Positions 21,394 to 32,531 of a stretch of 64,000 bases of DNA are shown here, piece after piece. Both the position numbers and the translations under genes were made by a program. Within the stretch, counting starts at the first letter, position 1, and each line of letters opens with the position of its first letter. The DNA is from Nostoc sp. DedSLP01 (GTDB lineage Bacteria; Cyanobacteriota; Cyanobacteriia; Cyanobacteriales; Nostocaceae): positions 133,580-197,579 of the forward strand of contig JAVRCJ020000015.1 in assembly GCA_034530875.2 (NCBI GenBank), read 5' to 3'. A model generated the notes under the pieces. That model was given only the letters and a program-made list of their open reading frames with translations. It did no database searches and was not told where the DNA came from.

Positions 21394-22674
21394 ATGTTTA
21401 AGATATTTAAGGGTTTTTACAAACCTAAGAATTCCCGCACAGTGCCGCTGTTAGAAATATTCTCAATGGCGATTGAAACACTGTGGAGTAATAAATTACG
21501 CACAGGGCTGACTATGCTGGGCGTAATTATTGGCATTTCTTCAGTGATTGCAATTACCTCTGTTGGTCAAGGGGTGCAAAAGGGAGTTGAACAACAGATT
21601 CAAGCATTGGGTACAGATGTGCTGCAAATTTTAGCCGGTGCAGCCAGAAGCGGTAATGTTCGCCAAGGAGTAGGTTCTAGCAGCACTTTAACCTGGGAAG
21701 ATGCCAAAGCGATCGCCACACAAGCCCCATCGGTGCAAATGGTTTCTGCTTACCTGCAAAGGACTGCTCAAGTTGTTTACGCAGGGCAGAACACTTCAAC
21801 GACAATTTATGGTACAGATTTAAACTATCCAGAAGTCAGGAATACTCACCCCCAGCAAGGGAGATATTTTACTCAAGAAGAATTAGATAGCGCCGCCCAA
21901 CTTGCCATTCTCGGCCCTACAGTCCAAAAAACACTCTTTGCACAGGGTGGTAATGTTATCGGCGAGAGAATTCGGATTCAGGGAGAAGCTTACGAAGTGA
22001 TTGGGGTAATGGAACCTAAAGGTTCTCAAGGCCCAATGGATCGAGATGACCAAATTTTTATTCCTCTAACTAGTATGTCGGCAAGACTAGTTGGTAATAA
22101 TGCTTTGGTAGGCGTTTCTGTAACTGGAATTTTAGTCAAATCTGCTAATCAAGAAGATTTAGAAGCGGCTCAGTTTCAAGTCACAAATTTATTGCGTCTG
22201 CGGCATAATATTTATCCGCCCCAAGCAGATGATTTTCGCCTGACGAACCAAGCTGATATTGTGAGTACCTTCACAAATGTTGTGGGTTTATTTACAGTCA
22301 TGGTAGTGGCGATCGCTGGAATTTCTTTAGTAGTTGGTGGTATTGGGATTGCCAACATTATGTTAGTTTCTGTAGTCGAACGCACGCGGGAAATCGGCAT
22401 TCGTAAAGCTGTAGGAGCCACCAATTCAGCAATCTTAAATCAATTTTTAGCAGAAGCGATCGTCATTTCGATTGTTGGCGGAGGTATTGGTATGGTAAGT
22501 GGCATTGTGCTTGCTTACGCAGCTGCAAATATTTTTAAGTTTCCATTTGTAATTTCTTTCTTATCAATAATTGCTGGATTTGGACTTTCAATAACTGTTG
22601 GTTTAGTTGCTGGAGTGATTCCCGCACGTAACGCTTCCAAATTAGATCCAATCACTGCTTTACGTAGTGACTAA
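21394..22674 (+). CDS. ABC transporter permease, MacB/FtsX family
   Basis: LTMLGVIIG, VGGIGIANIMLVSVVERTREIGIRKAVGA and LDPITALR motifs. Confidence 0.93.
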   Translation: MFKIFKGFYKPKNSRTVPLLEIFSMAIETLWSNKLRTGLTMLGVIIGISSVIAITSVGQGVQKGVEQQIQALGTDVLQILAGAARSGNVRQGVGSSSTLTWEDAKAIATQAPSVQMVSAYLQRTAQVVYAGQNTSTTIYGTDLNYPEVRNTHPQQGRYFTQEELDSAAQLAILGPTVQKTLFAQGGNVIGERIRIQGEAYEVIGVMEPKGSQGPMDRDDQIFIPLTSMSARLVGNNALVGVSVTGILVKSANQEDLEAAQFQVTNLLRLRHNIYPPQADDFRLTNQADIVSTFTNVVGLFTVMVVAIAGISLVVGGIGIANIMLVSVVERTREIGIRKAVGATNSAILNQFLAEAIVISIVGGGIGMVSGIVLAYAAANIFKFPFVISFLSIIAGFGLSITVGLVAGVIPARNASKLDPITALRSD

Positions 22675-22708
22675 ATAATCCCTAATTTTTCTTAAAACAG
22701 GTGACTAA

Positions 22709-23380
22709 ATGCAACTTGAACTAGACCATATCTTTGTATGTGTTAAACCAGAAGCACCACCAGCAGAATTGCTAACTACTTTTGGACTTATAGAAGGTAC
22801 TCGGAGAATTCATCGAGGTCAAGGGACTGCAAATGTTTGCTTCTTCTTTGAGAATGCTTATCTTGAATTACTTTGGCTTTTTGACACTCACGAAATCCAG
22901 TCTCCTCTTGTTCGCCTTACAGGTTTGTGGGAACGTTGCCGTTGGCAAGAAACCCAAGCTTGTCCTTTTGGCATTGCATTTCGGTCAACAGCTTTAGATT
23001 TAGGAAAAATACCATTTTCTACTTGGGATTATCATGCAAAATATTTACCACCAGAAGCTTCGATTCCAATTGCAACCAATAGTGACAATTTATCAGAACC
23101 GTTGATTTTTATTTCTCCCACAAATAAAAAACCTATAGATTACGCCTTAGAACGGCAACTTCCTCTAGTTCATAAAGTTGGATTCAAAGAAATTACAGCA
23201 TTACAGGTCATCTTACCCAGTACTCAAAACTTTTCTCCTGAAGTTAGAACGCTAATTGAGCTGGGATTAGTACAATTTTCACAAGGCAATTTTTACCAAG
23301 TACAAATAAAGTTTGATAACGGCAAAAAAGGTAATTTACAAGATTTTGGATCAGAATTACCGATTTTATTTAAATGGTAG
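22709..23380 (+). CDS. VOC/glyoxalase-like domain protein
   Basis: LDHIF, HRGQGTAN and YLELLW motifs typical of Glyoxalase_3-type proteins. Confidence 0.78.
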   Translation: MQLELDHIFVCVKPEAPPAELLTTFGLIEGTRRIHRGQGTANVCFFFENAYLELLWLFDTHEIQSPLVRLTGLWERCRWQETQACPFGIAFRSTALDLGKIPFSTWDYHAKYLPPEASIPIATNSDNLSEPLIFISPTNKKPIDYALERQLPLVHKVGFKEITALQVILPSTQNFSPEVRTLIELGLVQFSQGNFYQVQIKFDNGKKGNLQDFGSELPILFKW

Positions 23381-23460
23381 TTAGAGAATTTTTGGTAAAA
23401 GTTTTAAATAATATCTTATTTAAAAAACAACAACTAACTATTTAATAACAAAAAACCAAT

Positions 23461-24132
23461 ATGCCAACAATGATTTGGATGGAATCGATTACTAAGACCT
23501 ACCATTTAGGAGAAGTGAGCGTCCCTATACTCAAAGGTATTCAACTCTCTATTGAAGAAGGTGAATACGTCTCTATTATGGGTGCGTCAGGTTCGGGTAA
23601 ATCTACACTGATGAATATTTTAGGATGTTTGGATAGACCCACAACCGGACACTATATTTTTGAAGGCAGAAACCTCACAACTTTTGATGATGATGAATTA
23701 GCTTATATTCGCAATCAAAGAATAGGTTTTGTTTTCCAACAATTTAATTTATTAGCACGGGCGACAGCATTAGAAAATGTCATGTTGCCAATGGTTTATG
23801 CTAACTTACCCAAACCAAAACGCCGCGAAAGGGCATTAGAAGCTCTGGAAAAAGTAGGACTAGCAGAACGCATTTCTAACCGTCCAAGTCAACTTTCTGG
23901 CGGACAACAACAACGGGTAGCTATTGCTCGTGCTTTAGTTAATCGACCTGCATTAGTGTTGGCAGACGAGCCAACAGGTGCGTTAGATACTGAGACTTCT
24001 TATGAAGTAATGAATTTGTTGACAGAACTTAATCAGCAAGGCATCACAATTGTGATTGTGACTCACGAACCAGATATTGCTGCTCAAACTAAAAGAATTA
24101 TCCGAGTTCAAGATGGTTTGATTGTGGGTTAG
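23461..24132 (+). CDS. ABC transporter ATP-binding protein (MacB/LolD type)
   Basis: [22 protein letters not shown] and VTHE motifs. Confidence 0.95.
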   Translation: MPTMIWMESITKTYHLGEVSVPILKGIQLSIEEGEYVSIMGASGSGKSTLMNILGCLDRPTTGHYIFEGRNLTTFDDDELAYIRNQRIGFVFQQFNLLARATALENVMLPMVYANLPKPKRRERALEALEKVGLAERISNRPSQLSGGQQQRVAIARALVNRPALVLADEPTGALDTETSYEVMNLLTELNQQGITIVIVTHEPDIAAQTKRIIRVQDGLIVG

Positions 24133-24243
24133 GGAATGGAGTATGGGGCATGGGGCATTTCTCATCAGTTATTCTTCCTTCCTTTATTCCCCAGCATCCA
24201 ATCTAATTAGAAATTACGAATTACGAATTACGAATTACGAATT

Positions 24244-25641
24244 ATGAATGTAAATTCTACCTGGATTGTTTTGGCACTGGCTATTTTTTTCCCAACTTTT
24301 GCAAGTGCAGCAACTCCCCCACAACTACAAAATTCCTCAAGTTCTTTACAAGTTCCCGATTCTCTCAATCCCAATCCAAATCCTCTACAATTTCCTACCA
24401 AGCCAGAGGAAGTGAAAATTCAGCAAACTGTGCCAATTAGTTTGACACAAGCTCTGGAATTAGCACAACGCAATAATCAAGATTTACAAATAGCTATTTT
24501 AGAATTAGAACGCAGCCGTGCAGCAGTGCGGGAATCTCAAGCAGTTTTATTTCCTAATCTTGGAATTAACGGAAATCTTAGTAATAGTGGTAATGGTTTT
24601 AGCCGCAATTCATCTCAAGCAAGTACTTCTTTTAATGGTTCAGCACAACTGAATTATGATTTGTATACTTCTGGTAACCGACAAGCTACTATTCGAGCGG
24701 CTGAGGAACAGTTGCGAATAGATGAATTAGATGTTCAAAGTAGAGCTTTAGAAATTCAACTTAATGCGACGACTCAATATTACGATCTGCAACAGGCAGA
24801 TCAACAAGTACGAATTAATCAGTCTGCTGTGAATAATGCCGAGGCGAGTTTGCGGGATACTCAAGCTAGAGAAAACGCTGGCGTAGGTACGGGATTTGAT
24901 GTACTGCAAGCTCAGGTGAATTTAGCTAACGCTCAACAAGAACTGACTAATGCTCTTTCCCAACAGCTTATTGCGCGTCGTCAGTTAGCAACTCTGTTAA
25001 GTTTGGCGCAGTCAGTTAATATCACTGCCTCAGATCCCGTACAATTAGCGGGCCTTTGGCAGCCAACATTAGAAGAAACTATTGTCCAAGCTTTTCAAAA
25101 TCGGCCGGAATTGCAACAGCAATTAGCACAACGTAATATTTATGAGCAACAGCGACGGCAGGCACTTTCACAACTAGGGCCGCAAATTAGTTTAGCAGCT
25201 AACTACAATCTACTAGATCGGTACAACGATGGTGCGAGCATTGCTGATGGCTATTCTGTAGGACTGCAAGCAAACCTGAATTTATTTGATGGGGGAGCAG
25301 CAAGAGCGCGTGCAGCTCAGTCTAAAAGTAATATTGCGATCGCCGAAGTACAATTTGCAAGCCAGCGCGACCAAATTCGCTTTAATGTAGAACAGTACTA
25401 TTCTCAACTACAAGCCAATTTAAATAACGTACAGGCTTCTAGTGTCGCTTTAAATCAAGCTACAGAAGCTCTGAATTTGGCTCGGTTGAGGTTTCAAGCT
25501 GGTGTCGGCACTCAAACAGAGGTAATTGCTGCGGAAAACGACCTCACAAGAGCAGAAGGCAATCGAGTCACAGCTATCTTAGATTACAATCGCGCTTTAG
25601 CTAATTTACAAAGATCCGTTACTTCCGGGGCTTTGCGGTAA
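24244..25641 (+). CDS. TolC family outer membrane efflux protein
   Basis: Signal peptide and two OEP repeats (ALELAQRNN, RFQAGVGT, YNRALANL). Confidence 0.9.
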   Translation: MNVNSTWIVLALAIFFPTFASAATPPQLQNSSSSLQVPDSLNPNPNPLQFPTKPEEVKIQQTVPISLTQALELAQRNNQDLQIAILELERSRAAVRESQAVLFPNLGINGNLSNSGNGFSRNSSQASTSFNGSAQLNYDLYTSGNRQATIRAAEEQLRIDELDVQSRALEIQLNATTQYYDLQQADQQVRINQSAVNNAEASLRDTQARENAGVGTGFDVLQAQVNLANAQQELTNALSQQLIARRQLATLLSLAQSVNITASDPVQLAGLWQPTLEETIVQAFQNRPELQQQLAQRNIYEQQRRQALSQLGPQISLAANYNLLDRYNDGASIADGYSVGLQANLNLFDGGAARARAAQSKSNIAIAEVQFASQRDQIRFNVEQYYSQLQANLNNVQASSVALNQATEALNLARLRFQAGVGTQTEVIAAENDLTRAEGNRVTAILDYNRALANLQRSVTSGALR

Positions 25642-25699
25642 AGTCAAATCATTGCAAAATAGTTTGTTGCCTTCTACTTAATTGATGTCAATGGTTTTG

Positions 25700-26263
25700 A
25701 TGAAGCTGTATCCCCATATTTATTTAGCAATTGCTCTTATTTTCCTTGCTTCTTGTCAATCAACTGAAATTCAACCAAAATCACAACTCGACGTTACCCA
25801 AACAAGCACATCTCAGAAGATAGTAACTCTGGATAAAAATTTCCAAATAGCAACAGGTCAAACTATCTATGTTCCTGTCTATTCTCATATTTACCATCAT
25901 AATAAGCAGGAAATTTTTGAATTAGCAGTTACCCTGAGTGTTCGGAATACAGATTTGAACAATCCAATGGTTGTTACTTCTGTGCGCTACTATAACTCAG
26001 AAGGTAAATTAGTTAAGCAATATTTGGAACGTCCAATTCAAATCGATGCTTTAGCGTCCACAGATTTTTTTATTAATAGAAATGATACTAGTGGAGGTTT
26101 AGGAGCAAACTTTATTGTTGAGTGGGTAGCGCAAACGCAAATATCCCAACCTATAGTAGAAGCAGTAATGATTGGTACTGATTTTCAGCAAGGAATTTCT
26201 TTTACTAGTAGTGGTAGGGTTATTAAAACTCAAAATAACGATAAGCGATCGCCTGCAAAATAA
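25700..26263 (+). CDS. DUF3124 domain lipoprotein
   Basis: Lipobox LASC; YVPVYSHIY, SVRNTD and GANFIVEW motifs; start uncertain (25682-25700). Confidence 0.8.
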   Translation: MKLYPHIYLAIALIFLASCQSTEIQPKSQLDVTQTSTSQKIVTLDKNFQIATGQTIYVPVYSHIYHHNKQEIFELAVTLSVRNTDLNNPMVVTSVRYYNSEGKLVKQYLERPIQIDALASTDFFINRNDTSGGLGANFIVEWVAQTQISQPIVEAVMIGTDFQQGISFTSSGRVIKTQNNDKRSPAK

Positions 26264-26377
26264 GCAACTTTTAAATAAAAAATATCTCATGAGTTAATCG
26301 AATTGAGTTTGCTAGCAAGCTCCAAATAGCCTGTTGTTTATAGTTCTTTTACAAAGCTGGGAATAATAAACACAGTA

Positions 26378-27628
26378 ATGGCTATATTTATGAGTTTTTT
26401 CAACAAATTTAACTGGAATATTCGGCATCAAAATTCTCAAAATCAGTCTGGGATATATACACCTACTACCAGCCAACAAGCTGTAGTACAGTCCCATCAC
26501 CAAGCGCCTACCAAACGCAAGGGGGGTATAGGGAGTAAACTTATTTGGATAACCATACTTATAGGCATTCCTGGTGGCGTTGTTTGGGTGGCGAACCTGC
26601 CTTATCCAGTGATTCGCCGTCCGGTGGTGCAAAATGCGCCTGTTTTGTTATTACCTAGCTATATGAGCGTGGATAATCATTATCGGCAGGCATTAGTAAC
26701 AGTGGAACAAGCTGAACAATTGATTGAAAAAGCTACCAGTTCAGCAGATTTGGATTTGGGAGAACAGAAGTTACAACAGGCACAACACCATCTTGATGAA
26801 TTACCAACTTGGTTTGTTAATGATTTGTCTGAATATAAATATTGGTGGTACGATCGCCAGTTTACAATCTACGGTTTTAATGAATCTCGTCGTCTAGTTG
26901 GGCAGCTAGAAGCTAAGGTTTTTCAAGAAAAGAACGCTCAAACTTTGCTTGCAGATAATACCCAAGCTTTATTAAAAGCAAAACAGCAATATCAACAGGC
27001 TACAACAGCAACAGATCAAAAAACAGCGATCGCAGCTTGGCAAACAGCACTCGATGGATTAGAGCAAATCCCCAGTCAAACCCTAGCAGGAAAAACTGCA
27101 CAAAATCAACTAGATGCCTACGAGCGTGAGTTTAAGGAAGTTGTAGGATTGGCCGCAGGAAATGAGCGCATCAGTGCTTTAATCGCAGCAGCACGGCAAT
27201 TTTCCTGGCAAGCTGCCAAAGCTGGCCAGAATCCACCACACGCTGTAAGTGAGTGGGAACAGATAGAACATTTATGGAAAGAAGCTATTGAACGACTCCA
27301 AGAGGTTCCTACAAACGACGTAGCTGGTTATGCTCAAGCACAAGAGTTACTAGCAATTTATGAGAGGAATTTAGGTGAAGTTAAAGTTAGACGGCAAGCT
27401 GAGGCTGATGGTGTGGACGCTTTATCAGCAGCGCAACAAAAAATCGAAAGCTTGCTGGCTTCAATTCCTGATGATGCTCATTCTCTAGATCGCAATCGCA
27501 TCACTAGCAAATTGCAGAGTATTGTTCATGAATTAGAAAAGGTGCAGAGTGGCACAACTGCCTATCTCAAAGCTCAAGAGTTACTCCTATCAGCAAATAA
27601 TAAACTCAAACAGTTGCAGGCTAAATAA
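26378..27628 (+). CDS. Conserved cyanobacterial membrane-anchored helical hypothetical protein
   Basis: 416-aa ORF with one TM segment, NLPYPVIRRPV motif and an alpha-helical body. Confidence 0.8.
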   Translation: MAIFMSFFNKFNWNIRHQNSQNQSGIYTPTTSQQAVVQSHHQAPTKRKGGIGSKLIWITILIGIPGGVVWVANLPYPVIRRPVVQNAPVLLLPSYMSVDNHYRQALVTVEQAEQLIEKATSSADLDLGEQKLQQAQHHLDELPTWFVNDLSEYKYWWYDRQFTIYGFNESRRLVGQLEAKVFQEKNAQTLLADNTQALLKAKQQYQQATTATDQKTAIAAWQTALDGLEQIPSQTLAGKTAQNQLDAYEREFKEVVGLAAGNERISALIAAARQFSWQAAKAGQNPPHAVSEWEQIEHLWKEAIERLQEVPTNDVAGYAQAQELLAIYERNLGEVKVRRQAEADGVDALSAAQQKIESLLASIPDDAHSLDRNRITSKLQSIVHELEKVQSGTTAYLKAQELLLSANNKLKQLQAK

Positions 27629-27897
27629 ATACTAGAAGTCCTTCGTCATTGAAGTGTAACCAGCGATTAAGAATGTTACTCCACAGGAGAGAGCGATATT
27701 ACTAAGTTAGTGAGGTAGAGTAAGGTTATTCTGAAACTCAACTACAAATTTTGGGCTGCAATCACCCAGGATTTTACTACCGTATCTGCATAACTTAGAG
27801 AGAAAGCGATCGCCAGCGTAAATAATTAACTGCAATGCATAAATTGTTAGATTATTACAGTTAAATATACATACTCAATAACAAAACATAATAATCT

Positions 27898-28098
27898 ATG
27901 AAACTCACTAAGTCCCTCAATTTTCCTAATCTGGTTGGTTCTATTTTCCTACCTAAAATTACCAACAATCAAAAAGCTACTTCTAGGAAGAGCGAATCAA
28001 TTACTTTACCTACTAATCCCATAAATATCAATTACCTCCAATCTTTTGATACTGCTGTTATTGCTTATCAGATGATGGGTTTTGGCGACTTTGAATAA
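27898..28098 (+). CDS. Small hypothetical protein with C-terminal YLQSFDTAVIAYQMMGF motif
   Basis: Paralogous C-terminus at 40588-40758; followed by a terminator. Confidence 0.6.
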   Translation: MKLTKSLNFPNLVGSIFLPKITNNQKATSRKSESITLPTNPININYLQSFDTAVIAYQMMGFGDFE

Positions 28099-28134
28099 AG
28101 TACAATCTCACCACAGCGTCTAAAAAGCTACTTT

Positions 28135-28161
28135 ACCTCTCCCAATTAGGAGGGGTTTTTT
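28135..28161 (+). terminator. Intrinsic terminator
   Basis: ACCTCTCC-caatta-GGAGGGGT stem followed by a T-tract. Confidence 0.6.
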
Positions 28162-28285
28162 ATTTCGTTTTGGACTTTGAGTCTTGTAGGGGTAGTAAGA
28201 CTTTCTTGTTTCCCCTACACCCTATACCCTATCCCCTGCCTTAACGACAGGACTTCCCGTGAAAAGTTAGAACTGTATTGCTTCA

Positions 28286-28376
28286 TATAGCTGTAGCCAG
28301 ATAGGTTGGGACATATTAAAAGCTTGAATGCTGGAAATAGTCAGACTTTCCCTCCTGCCTTCTGCCTCCTGCTATA
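28286..28376. mobile_element. TATAGC...GCTATA MITE-like element, short copy
   Basis: Reverse-complement similarity to 54059-54249. Confidence 0.6.
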
Positions 28377-30051
28377 GCTGACCGTACTTTTGTAAGTTAT
28401 CCTTAACTATATCTCTTAACTTTCTAGCTAAGCTTCCACGTTTAAAAAACCAAAGAGCATTGAGAGCAGCACGGCTAAAACCATCGTTTATAGATTGATT
28501 AATCAAACGAGGAACAACAACCTGAATGCGTTCTTGGATTTGTCTTTCGAGAGATTTAAAATTTTCTTGTTGATATATAGGCCAATTAGGTAGATTAATT
28601 TCTTTTGTTGCCGAACCAAAAAGAGGAATAATTGGCAAGAATATTTCTTGCTCTCCGTCTTTTTCAACCTGTAATTGAGGATTAGTCTTGAGTGCTTCTG
28701 ACCATGCATTGAATAGTGGATTAGAAGCTGGTAAGACAAAATATTTTTGCAGAAATCTTTGGCAATTGCGACGACCAAGTATATAGTCGTGATGGCGGAA
28801 TTCCCGGGATAAGAAGCCACCAAAAGCATTGAGACTACCACAAGCTAGAGGTTTTCTGCCTTGGCGATCGCTGCGTACAGGAGCAATCAAAAATCGGCTG
28901 TAAACATCTTCATCTAATGCAAGAATTAATTCATCAGCTTTGAATCTATTTTGATTAATAAAACTTTGAAATATCCGCAATAGTAAGCTGAGTAAATTAC
29001 TTTGTGGATTTATTGCATCCACATCATTGGGAAATGGATCTATTAACACAGTAGCTCGATTTGCACGCTCTCCATCGCGTAGATTGCGCTCTTGATTGCC
29101 TCGGAGTGTCGAGCGAACTAGTTCTATAGGTTCGTTGCTAATAATTCCACCGTCCACTGTTACAAACTGATATAGACCTGGAGGAACTAAATCTTTATCG
29201 GGACTGATAGAGCGATACTCGGAACACGTACCTGTTTCTCTTGGGTTACGAGTTGGTATTTCCCACTTACGTTTTTCGTATTCATCGATACTATTGCGCT
29301 GAAGCTCGTAAGGAGGAAAACCGACGGGAAAGGCGCTGCTGGCTAATGCTGAATCAATCAGTATTCTCCAATTACTAGTATCACTTTTATCGGGATTGAG
29401 AGCGATCGCATCTTCATCCCCACTACTATTTTCACCTATAGCAAAATGCATGAAATCTGCATGTTTAACCATAGTATGTCCTTTAACGCTAGAGTTCTCT
29501 CCTTGAGATGTAATTAGATAAGGAACCCCACGCAGATTAGTAATACACAAATAAACTTCAAACGGATCGGCAATATAAGGCCGTTTGTTACCTGTAGATT
29601 CTATACTCAGAACATCGTTGCCAAGCTCTTTGAGAATAGTAGGATCGAGAAATGACAAAACAGGGACTTTGGAATCCTGCAAATCCTGAGTCTTTAAAAG
29701 TTCAGAAATGTCTATTCTTTGTACCCAAGTTTCATAAAGTTTATTCCTCACCGGATTGTTCAATGGATATCCATTTACAGGGATGATATCGCTATATAAT
29801 GACGATGCTGTAGTAGCAGCAACAATAGCACCTGCGGATGCTCCAGACATTGCCTTAATGAAAACATCATGTGGTGGAATTTCCCATTGTGAAAAATTAT
29901 CGCCATATAATTCCTGCTGCTTTGCTTTTTGCTCGTACCACCGATCTAAAGCTTCAAACATAAAATCAATTACACCAGAAGTATATGCACCAGCAGAGAC
30001 AGCGCCAGCCATCACTAAACCAATATCAAAGTGTGGTAATTTCCCATTCAT
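28372..30051 (-). CDS. Patatin-like phospholipase/acyl hydrolase
   Basis: AGAVSAG oxyanion loop, GASAG nucleophile elbow, ASSAFP and DGG motifs; ATG at 30051 preferred. Confidence 0.88.
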   Translation of the reverse strand: MNGKLPHFDIGLVMAGAVSAGAYTSGVIDFMFEALDRWYEQKAKQQELYGDNFSQWEIPPHDVFIKAMSGASAGAIVAATTASSLYSDIIPVNGYPLNNPVRNKLYETWVQRIDISELLKTQDLQDSKVPVLSFLDPTILKELGNDVLSIESTGNKRPYIADPFEVYLCITNLRGVPYLITSQGENSSVKGHTMVKHADFMHFAIGENSSGDEDAIALNPDKSDTSNWRILIDSALASSAFPVGFPPYELQRNSIDEYEKRKWEIPTRNPRETGTCSEYRSISPDKDLVPPGLYQFVTVDGGIISNEPIELVRSTLRGNQERNLRDGERANRATVLIDPFPNDVDAINPQSNLLSLLLRIFQSFINQNRFKADELILALDEDVYSRFLIAPVRSDRQGRKPLACGSLNAFGGFLSREFRHHDYILGRRNCQRFLQKYFVLPASNPLFNAWSEALKTNPQLQVEKDGEQEIFLPIIPLFGSATKEINLPNWPIYQQENFKSLERQIQERIQVVVPRLINQSINDGFSRAALNALWFFKRGSLARKLRDIVKDNLQKYGQL

Positions 30052-30359
30052 ATTTAAATTCCTTATTAGTGAGTCAGAATTCACGAGAGAACCCTGGCGG
30101 GCAATTTTCACCCTTGGTACAGCCCACCGCAAGCATCACAAGTCCGCAGAATCAGAATAATTAAATCAGGATAAAATCCGATGAATAAATATAATTTAAT
30201 TCATCTACACTCAACTCGATTGTTAAAAATTAAAAATCAAGGTCATTGCCGATTAATAAGATGATTCTGATAATTTTGCAAAAAGGACATCTGACCCCAT
30301 GCTTATATTTTGGGCAGGTCGAAAAGCCCGCCCTACAACCTGCATTCCGCAACGCCAAA

Positions 30360-32315
30360 TTAAGAATTAGCTCCAGATGATTTAGTTGCAGCATATTGCA
30401 AAATCACATCGCTTGCTTTTTCACTAATCATATATATGGGCGTCACAATAAAAAATCCAGGAATAAAAGGAAATACAGATGCATCTACCACGCGTAAATT
30501 CTGCGTTCCATATACACGGAACTCACTATCTAAGACTGCCATTGGGTCATCTTTGCGTCCAATTTTACAAGTTCCGCAAGCGTGATGTCCCCAAGCTTCG
30601 TCTTTGATAAATTGCTTAATTTCATGTTGTTCGTCTATACTGTTTCCTGGTAGCATTTCAGCTTTAACGAACAACTGAGTACGCTCGGTCAAGCGTCTAA
30701 TAAATTCGACTCCTTCAACAATAGATTCTAAGTCTTGTTCCTTGGTATCGTTACCTTCATCGAAGTATCTAAAATTAATTTCTGGTACATCTCTAGGGTC
30801 AGTTGTTTTCAGTGTTACTGAACCTGCTGTGTTATTGGTATGAGCCTTGAGTACAGCCCAAGTAAACAGGTCTTTATACTTACCAATATCTTCAGAATAT
30901 TTGAGGAAATAACCTTTGAAAAAAGCTGGCAATCCAAAAATAAATAAATCTGGTTCTGGTCTATCTGCGTGGGATTTCTTGATAATCCCTAAAACGGCTC
31001 CATTAGTTACATATACACCCGATTTAGAACGATTCCATTCTAATAAACAAGTATCGTTAACTTTCTGTCCGGGTTCTGGTTCGGTAAAAGTACAATTATC
31101 CAGGATGCTGAAGTTTCGATTCATCTGACTTACCACACCGACTTCATAGCGATCCTGTAAATTCTGACCAACTCCCGGAAGATCTACGCGGACTTCTATT
31201 CCTAAATTAGTTAATTCTTCTTTCGCGCCGATTCCAGACAGCTTGAGTATTTGGGGAGTATTAAAAGCACCTCCAGATAAAATTACTTCTCTTTTTACAA
31301 ATACTTTGTGGCTATCTTGAGAGTTATTTACTGTTTTATCTGCTTGAGGATCTGCACGATATATGTGTTTACCTTCAAGGTATTCTACACCAATGGCAGT
31401 GTTATTTTCATCAAATAAAACTTTGGTTACCAATGCATGAGTTTTGACAATCAATTTATCGGGAAATTTGCGTTCGATTTCCCGAATATATTCTCTTGTA
31501 CCATTGCGTTTTCCGTCCTTAATCGCCAGCGGTACAGAAAAGACACCCTCACCACTGACTTTGGTGATTTTCCAGTCATTGGGGTCTAAAAGTGTGTCTA
31601 AAAACTCCAGAGGATCTTTTTGTCGCAGTTTGAGAAAAGCTAATAAATTAGCCAAGAAACTCTTCAAAACTACCTTAATCACTTGCGGTAGACTTTTACC
31701 TTGTTCTGCTAAAGCTTCAATAGCAGATTTCAGAATCACTTTCAGGAGTTGGCGATCGCGCACTACTAGTTTAGGATCTGCTAAGTTAGTTGTTAGCCAG
31801 CCATCAAAGCCGTGCCGAGTCGGATTATCATTAGGGTTGATGGGGCGATCGAGATAATTGCAGCGCTCTAACCTTTCAAAATACTTCCGCATATTATCGC
31901 TGTTCCAGGAAGTATCTCCTGTGATTTGGGCAATTTTGTCCCAATCGCTATTGTGAGGATACACGGTAATCATGGCATTATGAGCAGTGCATCCCCCCAA
32001 TGTCCCAGCTCGTGGATACAGAATACCCTTATGTTCTGCACTAAACTTGGAATCACGACTCTGCTGTTCTTCGTTAGAGTAGTGTTTAACAAAAAAATCC
32101 CATCGCAAATCTTTATCTTCTGTCGCCCGTGCATGAAATGCTGGTACTGAGTAAGTATAGCGTTCTCTATCTTTATCCTTTTCATCGCGCAAAGGATCGC
32201 CACCTGCTTCTAATAGCAAAACTTTGTAGCCTGCTTTAGCTAAATTTGCAGCTACGGGGCCTCCTCCAGCACCGGAACCAACAACAATATAATCGTACTC
32301 GGCTTCTTTACTCAT
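30360..32315 (-). CDS. GMC family FAD oxidoreductase
   Basis: GSGAGG, LGGCTAHN, GHHACGTC and LRVVDAS motifs. Confidence 0.92.
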   Translation of the reverse strand: MSKEAEYDYIVVGSGAGGGPVAANLAKAGYKVLLLEAGGDPLRDEKDKDRERYTYSVPAFHARATEDKDLRWDFFVKHYSNEEQQSRDSKFSAEHKGILYPRAGTLGGCTAHNAMITVYPHNSDWDKIAQITGDTSWNSDNMRKYFERLERCNYLDRPINPNDNPTRHGFDGWLTTNLADPKLVVRDRQLLKVILKSAIEALAEQGKSLPQVIKVVLKSFLANLLAFLKLRQKDPLEFLDTLLDPNDWKITKVSGEGVFSVPLAIKDGKRNGTREYIREIERKFPDKLIVKTHALVTKVLFDENNTAIGVEYLEGKHIYRADPQADKTVNNSQDSHKVFVKREVILSGGAFNTPQILKLSGIGAKEELTNLGIEVRVDLPGVGQNLQDRYEVGVVSQMNRNFSILDNCTFTEPEPGQKVNDTCLLEWNRSKSGVYVTNGAVLGIIKKSHADRPEPDLFIFGLPAFFKGYFLKYSEDIGKYKDLFTWAVLKAHTNNTAGSVTLKTTDPRDVPEINFRYFDEGNDTKEQDLESIVEGVEFIRRLTERTQLFVKAEMLPGNSIDEQHEIKQFIKDEAWGHHACGTCKIGRKDDPMAVLDSEFRVYGTQNLRVVDASVFPFIPGFFIVTPIYMISEKASDVILQYAATKSSGANS

Positions 32316-32531
32316 AATTTTTGTTTATTCAAATGGATGGCGAGTAGGGAGTGGGGAGTGGGGAGTAGGGAATAGAGAATCAGCCTTTCAAGTTGTCAGA
32401 AGTTTTTTCAAAAATTAAAAAAAGCCCGATATTAAACTTTTCTATTTTCCTTACTTCATACGCAAACAAAATGTAAGTAAAAACAAATCTTCACTATTGC
32501 CCACTCCCTACTCCCTACTCCCTATTTTTAT

